Source: Candidatus Ozemobacteraceae bacterium
Lineage (GTDB): Bacteria; Muiribacteriota; Ozemobacteria; Ozemobacterales; Ozemobacteraceae
DNA: 64,000 nt
Assembly (NCBI GenBank): GCA_965140445.1
Contig: OZ223236.1
Span: 1,184,001 to 1,248,000, forward strand
Direction of reading: 5' to 3'
Of the stretch, positions 59,475 through 64,000 are shown one piece after another; position 1 is the first letter of the stretch, and the number at the start of each line of letters is the position of its first letter. A program made the position numbers and the translations under genes. The notes under the pieces were generated by a model. The model was not told where the DNA came from. It made no database searches and saw only the letters and a list, made by a program, of their open reading frames with translations.

Positions 59475-59505
59475 TTTGTTGGTTTCTTCGTGGTTATAAA
59501 ATTTG

Positions 59506-59539
59506 AAAACGAGCTGCCCCGGTGGGACAGCTCGTTTTT
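59506..59539. terminator. Bidirectional terminator of glnA and the PKS operon (duplicated at 51614)
   Basis: AAAACGAGCTG-cccc-ggt-ggga-CAGCTCGTTTT. Confidence 0.8.
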
Positions 59540-59566
59540 AGAATTTCTGGAGTTAAAATTAAGGGA

Positions 59567-61669
59567 TCAGAGTGAAGTTAATAGTGCCTGATACTTGGCC
59601 ATGGGCCATAGGTCGTGGGCTGTCATTTCTTCTGCTCTGTCCACAGAGTGTCTGAGTTCGGCCAGGGCTTCTTCGCCTTTTTTGCCAAGGAATTCTGCTT
59701 TTGTCTGAAGGCATTTTTCGGTTTCTGCTTTTTCAAGAATGCCTTCAAGCTCTAGAAGAAGCTTTTTTATTTTGGAATATTTTTTGTCGAGGGTTACTGC
59801 GTCTTCTAAAATATCTTTTGAGGTGATTCCGGCTGCTTTGAGTGCGGCAGCAGCACCGGCGGTGACTGTTATCTGACGCGTTATGGCAGGCATGATAAGT
59901 GTTTTGGCCATATTGATGGCGGTTTTATATTCAATTTCTTTTGTTTTTATATAGGCTTCAAGTCTTATTTCAACTCTTGAATGCATTTCTTTTTCAGTCA
60001 GGATTTTGAAATCCTGCATCAGTTTAATTGCGTCTTTGTCTCTTAGTGCATTCATTGCTTCGGGAGTATTTTTTGCATTTGGAAGCCCTCGTTTTTTTGC
60101 TTCTTTATGCCACTCGGTTGAATATCCATTTCCCTCAAATCTGACTCGTTTAGTTTCCTTGAAAACTTCTTTTAATACGTTAAGAGCAGCTTCTTTGATG
60201 TCTTTTGATTTTGCTTTTTCAAGGCGCTTTCCGATTGTCTCGTAGCCATAAGCACAGATAAGATTGAGGATAGTAGCAGCTTCAGATGGATTGTGCGATG
60301 AACCTACTGCTCTTAATTCGAACTTGTTGCCTGTGAAAGCGATTGGAGATGTTCGGTTTCGGTCAGAAGAATCTTTGGCAATTTTTGGAAGGTTTCTAAC
60401 TTCCATGTTTATGCTAGCCATAGCTTTTTCTGTTACTTTTCCAAGTTGTTCAATTTCATCGATTAATTTGGTGAGATATTCGCCCAGATAAATTGACATT
60501 ATTGCTGGTGGTGCTTCGTTAGCGCCAAGACGGTGATCATTCCCAGCATCAGCAACGCTCGCTCGCAGCAGGCCCCCAAATTTATCAACGCCAAGTAGAA
60601 TTGCGCCGAGAGTAAGCAAAAAGTTTATATTTTTTAGTGGTGATGCTGAAGGCTCAAGGTAGTTGGCTCCAGTGTTGTCTCCTATGGACCAGTTGAGATG
60701 TTTTCCTGAACCATTAACCCCCGCATAAGGTTTTTCGTGAGTTAATACAACCAGATCGTGCTTGATTCCAACCTGAGACATAATATCCATAATCTGAAGG
60801 TTGTGATCAATTGCAAGATTTGCTTCTTCAAACAGCGGTGCAAGTTCAAACTGATTAGGTGAAACTTCATTGTGACGGGTCTTAGCAGGGATTCCTCTTC
60901 TGTAAAGCTCGTGATCGAGATCAGACATGAATCTAATCATTTTTGGATGTATTGCCCCGAAGTAGTGATCTTCCATTTGCTGCCCTTTAGCGGGTGGCGC
61001 ACCAAATAGTGTTCTATTGCAGATTTTTAGATCGGGTCTTGTATCATATAGGTCTTTGGCAACGACAAAATATTCTTGTTCAGGGCCGCAATTAATAATT
61101 GTTTTTTTGGCAAGCCTGTTGCCGAGCATTTTCTGTAGTTTTATTGCAGAGTCGTTTAGGGCCCTCATGGATCTAAGGAAGGGAGTTTTCTGGTCAAGAA
61201 CATCACCCGTCCATGAGAGAAAAACTGACGGGATTACCAGTGTGCGATGGTTGTCGATCTCAATCAGAAATGCAGGAGAAGTGGGGTCCCATGCGGTATA
61301 TCCGCGCGCTTCAAAAGTCGATCTGATTCCTCCGGACGGAAATGAAGATGCGTCTGGCTCGCTCTGAATAAGCTGTTTTGCTGAAAATCTTTCAATGATT
61401 TCGCCATCGTCTGAGTATGAAATAAAAGAGTCATGCTTTTCAGCCGTTCCGCCTCGCTGTGGCTGAAACCAGTGGGTGAAATGAGTTGCGCCTTTGCCGA
61501 TGGCCCATTCTTTCATGGCGTGAGCCACTTCTTCAGCTATCTTTTCATCAAGCGATGACCCCTTATCAACCGTATCTATAAGTTTTTTATAGGTTTCATG
61601 ACTAAGCTTTTCCTGCATTACAGTTTTATTAAAAGTTAGTTCGCCGTAAATTTTTGTTAATTCAGACAT
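59567..61669 (-). CDS. glnA: Glutamine synthetase type III
   Basis: THWFQP, AEKHDSF, EPDASSFPSGGIRSTFEARGYTAWD, HEKPYAGVNGSGKH, DRNRTSP; 700 aa. Confidence 0.95.
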   Translation of the reverse strand: MSELTKIYGELTFNKTVMQEKLSHETYKKLIDTVDKGSSLDEKIAEEVAHAMKEWAIGKGATHFTHWFQPQRGGTAEKHDSFISYSDDGEIIERFSAKQLIQSEPDASSFPSGGIRSTFEARGYTAWDPTSPAFLIEIDNHRTLVIPSVFLSWTGDVLDQKTPFLRSMRALNDSAIKLQKMLGNRLAKKTIINCGPEQEYFVVAKDLYDTRPDLKICNRTLFGAPPAKGQQMEDHYFGAIHPKMIRFMSDLDHELYRRGIPAKTRHNEVSPNQFELAPLFEEANLAIDHNLQIMDIMSQVGIKHDLVVLTHEKPYAGVNGSGKHLNWSIGDNTGANYLEPSASPLKNINFLLTLGAILLGVDKFGGLLRASVADAGNDHRLGANEAPPAIMSIYLGEYLTKLIDEIEQLGKVTEKAMASINMEVRNLPKIAKDSSDRNRTSPIAFTGNKFELRAVGSSHNPSEAATILNLICAYGYETIGKRLEKAKSKDIKEAALNVLKEVFKETKRVRFEGNGYSTEWHKEAKKRGLPNAKNTPEAMNALRDKDAIKLMQDFKILTEKEMHSRVEIRLEAYIKTKEIEYKTAINMAKTLIMPAITRQITVTAGAAAALKAAGITSKDILEDAVTLDKKYSKIKKLLLELEGILEKAETEKCLQTKAEFLGKKGEEALAELRHSVDRAEEMTAHDLWPMAKYQALLTSL

Positions 61670-61744
61670 TTAATTCTCCCCACTGGCTTTTGTAAAAAAT
61701 TGATATCATATCTTCTACTTATAAAATAAAATTCTGTCAAGTAG

Positions 61745-61772
61745 TTGTCGGCAAAATTTATGCAAAAATTGA
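61745..61772 (-). promoter_or_regulatory. Promoter candidates for glnA
   Basis: sigma28-like TCAATTTT-N12-GCCGACAA; also a sigma70-like TTGACA-N17-TAGAAG just downstream. Confidence 0.35.
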
Positions 61773-61981
61773 AAAAATACCTCTTTGATTTTTGTTAAAA
61801 AATAAAATAAAGAGGTGAAATGTTTATTTTTTTTGCAAAAGCCTGGTTTTTTGGTGAACAGTTTGTTTGTTAGAAAAGTCTAAGGAAAAAGAACCAGCCC
61901 GAGCGATATTTTTTGGTTTGTTTTTCGCTGAGAATGAAAATACCATGGAGGGAAATAAATAAAAAACAGAGGAGTTCCTAC

Positions 61982-64000
61982 TTGCTTTTCATCTATCCAA
62001 AGAGAGTGTTCATTTTTTTTCTTTTCCTTTCTCTAAATTTTGTTGTTTCAGGTTTTGCAGCCTCTCCAGATTATTCAAACTGGATGAAAGATTTACCTGG
62101 CAGCACACTTTTGCGTGAAATGTCGATTCCCGGGACTCACGATACTGCCAGTAAAAAACCTTTTTTGGGCAACGCCTTTAAAATGTTTGCAGCAGCCATC
62201 ACCCAACATCAAACTATAAAAGAGCAGCTGGAGGCTGGAATTCGCTGCTTTGATATTCGTGTTGACCTTGAGGGCGACTACTCACAAGTTTGGCTCTATC
62301 ATGGTGGGGTGCGGATGGAAGGCGATTTTGAAGAAACTGTTCATAAAGCTTGCAAGGAATTTTTATCAAAAGGGAACCATTCGAGTGAAACCATAATAAT
62401 GATTATCAAGCACGAAGAGGCTGAAGATTTTAGAAAGTCTAACAAAAATCGCCTTAAAGAATTTCTCCAGAAAATTGTTGAAAAAAGTTCCACCTACATA
62501 GATGGAAGAAAAAAGCCTCTGAAAGATTTGACCCTTGGCGATGTCCGCAGCAAAATAGTTCTGATCGATCGTTCAAACCTCACTCACATAGGTTACAAAT
62601 ACAATAATGAGTTTCCCAATAAAATGGTGTGCCAGGACCGTTATCAATATCAACATGTTGACATTGGTGTCAAAGATACAATTAAGACTTTTAAGGAAAG
62701 GGCTGAGATCTTTAAAAAAGACGACCCGCGCTGGCCTTTAACTTATCTATCTTTTACTGATGAAGAATTGAATGGCCCTGATCCGTTCAATCCTGAGCAG
62801 GCAGCAGAGAAAATGAATCCGGCATTCTATCGATACTTGATCGATGAATTCAATGGGGACAGAGTTGGCATCGTTTTCATGGATTTTCCTGACAAGCATT
62901 CCAGAACCCGATTGGTAGGAAAGATCATTTCCTATAACTATACTCACCCTTATCTTCTTTCAATAAAAACTGCTGATGAGAGAGATGCGGGCACCGATGC
63001 AAATATTAGCGTAACTTTGCACGGCAAAAAGGACGATTTCACAGTAGATCCCAAATTCGGTATAGGCTATGACGCATACGAGCAGAATGCTATTAATTCT
63101 AGTTTAGTGCGGACTCCAAAAGATTTAGGCGAAATTAAAGCTGTAACAGTCGGATTTGAAAAAGGTGGCCGAAAAAGCGGTTGGTGCCTGGACTATATAA
63201 CTGTTGCCGATGCTGCTGATGGATCAAACCCAAAATTGTTTAATTTTAACCATCAGTGGTTCTACAGCGATGGACAAAAAAAGGTCTCAGTATCAAAGCA
63301 AGCTCCGGATAAGCTTAAATATGAAATGAGAATAAAAACCAGCAATAAAAAAGACGCTGGTACAGATGCCAATATTACCATTCAGTTAAATGGCATGAAA
63401 GGCTCCTATACTTTTGATCCAAAGAAAAAAGGGATTCCAGGAGACGGTTTTGAACAAAATCAAACAGACTATTTAAGCTTTTTCATTGATTCTGATATTG
63501 GGCTTCTGCATAACATAACTGTATGGTTTGATGCGCATGGGAAAAAGTCCGGCTGGTGTCTTGAATACATAGATGTTGCAACACCATACAATATCGATGG
63601 CGGCTGGAGTCGATTTTTCTTTAATCCTCAAGGCGGTGGGCAATGGTTTTATAGCGCAAATGATAAAAAAGTGGCTTACCCCTCCGGGACAAATGTGCTT
63701 GGTTTTCCTCACAATCATTCAGCAACCCCCGGAGAAATAATCGTTCCTTACGGTGAATCCGGCGATGTTCCTCTTTCCTTTGCCTCAGGCGTTGACAATA
63801 AAGATGCTTTATCTTTTTGGCGATATTCAAATGGTTTATGGTTCGTTAAAGACATTCTTACAAGACCTTTTGGCAAAAAAGGCGATGTTCCAGTGCGATT
63901 TGACAAGGATGGAGACAGCAAAAGTGACTTCTGTATATATCGACCATCCAACGGTTATTGGTATGTAGTTGGAATGGACAGCAATATGGTCACTACGCAA
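61982..64000 (+). CDS. Secreted PI-specific phospholipase C with two PLAT/LH2 domains and FG-GAP-like repeats (partial, runs off window end)
   Basis: Not in ORF track. TTG start after GAGGAG (alternative ATG at 61934). SIPGTHD, QLEAGIRCFDIR, LYHG, GIVFMDFP; twice KT...AGTDANI...GWCL; DKDGDSKSDFCIYRPSNGYWY. Confidence 0.85.
   Translation, partial: MLFIYPKRVFIFFLFLSLNFVVSGFAASPDYSNWMKDLPGSTLLREMSIPGTHDTASKKPFLGNAFKMFAAAITQHQTIKEQLEAGIRCFDIRVDLEGDYSQVWLYHGGVRMEGDFEETVHKACKEFLSKGNHSSETIIMIIKHEEAEDFRKSNKNRLKEFLQKIVEKSSTYIDGRKKPLKDLTLGDVRSKIVLIDRSNLTHIGYKYNNEFPNKMVCQDRYQYQHVDIGVKDTIKTFKERAEIFKKDDPRWPLTYLSFTDEELNGPDPFNPEQAAEKMNPAFYRYLIDEFNGDRVGIVFMDFPDKHSRTRLVGKIISYNYTHPYLLSIKTADERDAGTDANISVTLHGKKDDFTVDPKFGIGYDAYEQNAINSSLVRTPKDLGEIKAVTVGFEKGGRKSGWCLDYITVADAADGSNPKLFNFNHQWFYSDGQKKVSVSKQAPDKLKYEMRIKTSNKKDAGTDANITIQLNGMKGSYTFDPKKKGIPGDGFEQNQTDYLSFFIDSDIGLLHNITVWFDAHGKKSGWCLEYIDVATPYNIDGGWSRFFFNPQGGGQWFYSANDKKVAYPSGTNVLGFPHNHSATPGEIIVPYGESGDVPLSFASGVDNKDALSFWRYSNGLWFVKDILTRPFGKKGDVPVRFDKDGDSKSDFCIYRPSNGYWYVVGMDSNMVTTQ

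Noticed and set aside
42400..59500. Prophage, integron or IS-bounded island
   Set aside because: No integrase, transposase, phage genes or recurring attC-like sites recognised; the only repeats are the gene-fragment duplications.
446..63968. Numerous short ORFs in the track antisense to or nested in long genes (e.g. 628..918, 2482..2865, 7030..7386, 35646..35996, 62747..63968)
   Set aside because: Shadows of well-supported CDSs, with no RBS or recognisable motifs. Those at both ends overlap the two edge-truncated real genes.
1..64000. CRISPR array, tRNA or rRNA genes
   Set aside because: No regularly spaced repeats or recognisable structural-RNA signatures found in the intergenic regions by eye.

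Overview
Low-GC bacterial chromosomal window with mostly minus-strand genes. I saw no rRNA, tRNA, CRISPR array, integrase or transposase. The gene style is reminiscent of Candidatus Riflebacteria, but this is an impression and was not verified. Left (1-15.4 kb): two paralogous giant secreted Ig-repeat proteins (4173 aa, plus a second cut off at the window edge) flanking a lipoprotein. Middle: housekeeping and signalling genes (hisS, a PilB/GspE ATPase with an unusual repeat tail, purD, deoxyhypusine synthase-like, phospholipase D, clpB, LOG), plus a two-subunit ATP-citrate lyase operon behind a Rex/CRP-like operator. Right (42-64 kb): an accessory region in which a chimeric duplication (glnA 3' end fused to the 5' end of a secreted-protein gene) separates two unrelated cargo blocks. 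One block is a DtxR-FeoA/split-FeoB operon. The other ends in a type III PKS - U32 - methyltransferase operon. GSIII follows, then a partial PI-PLC/PLAT/FG-GAP-like gene missed by the ORF track. The best candidate novel system is the type III PKS cluster, in which a U32-family protein (a family of O2-independent hydroxylases) sits where a flavin monooxygenase is usually found. Also notable are recurring sigma28-like promoters upstream of non-flagellar, mostly secreted-protein genes. All family calls come from motif recognition by eye, not database searches.
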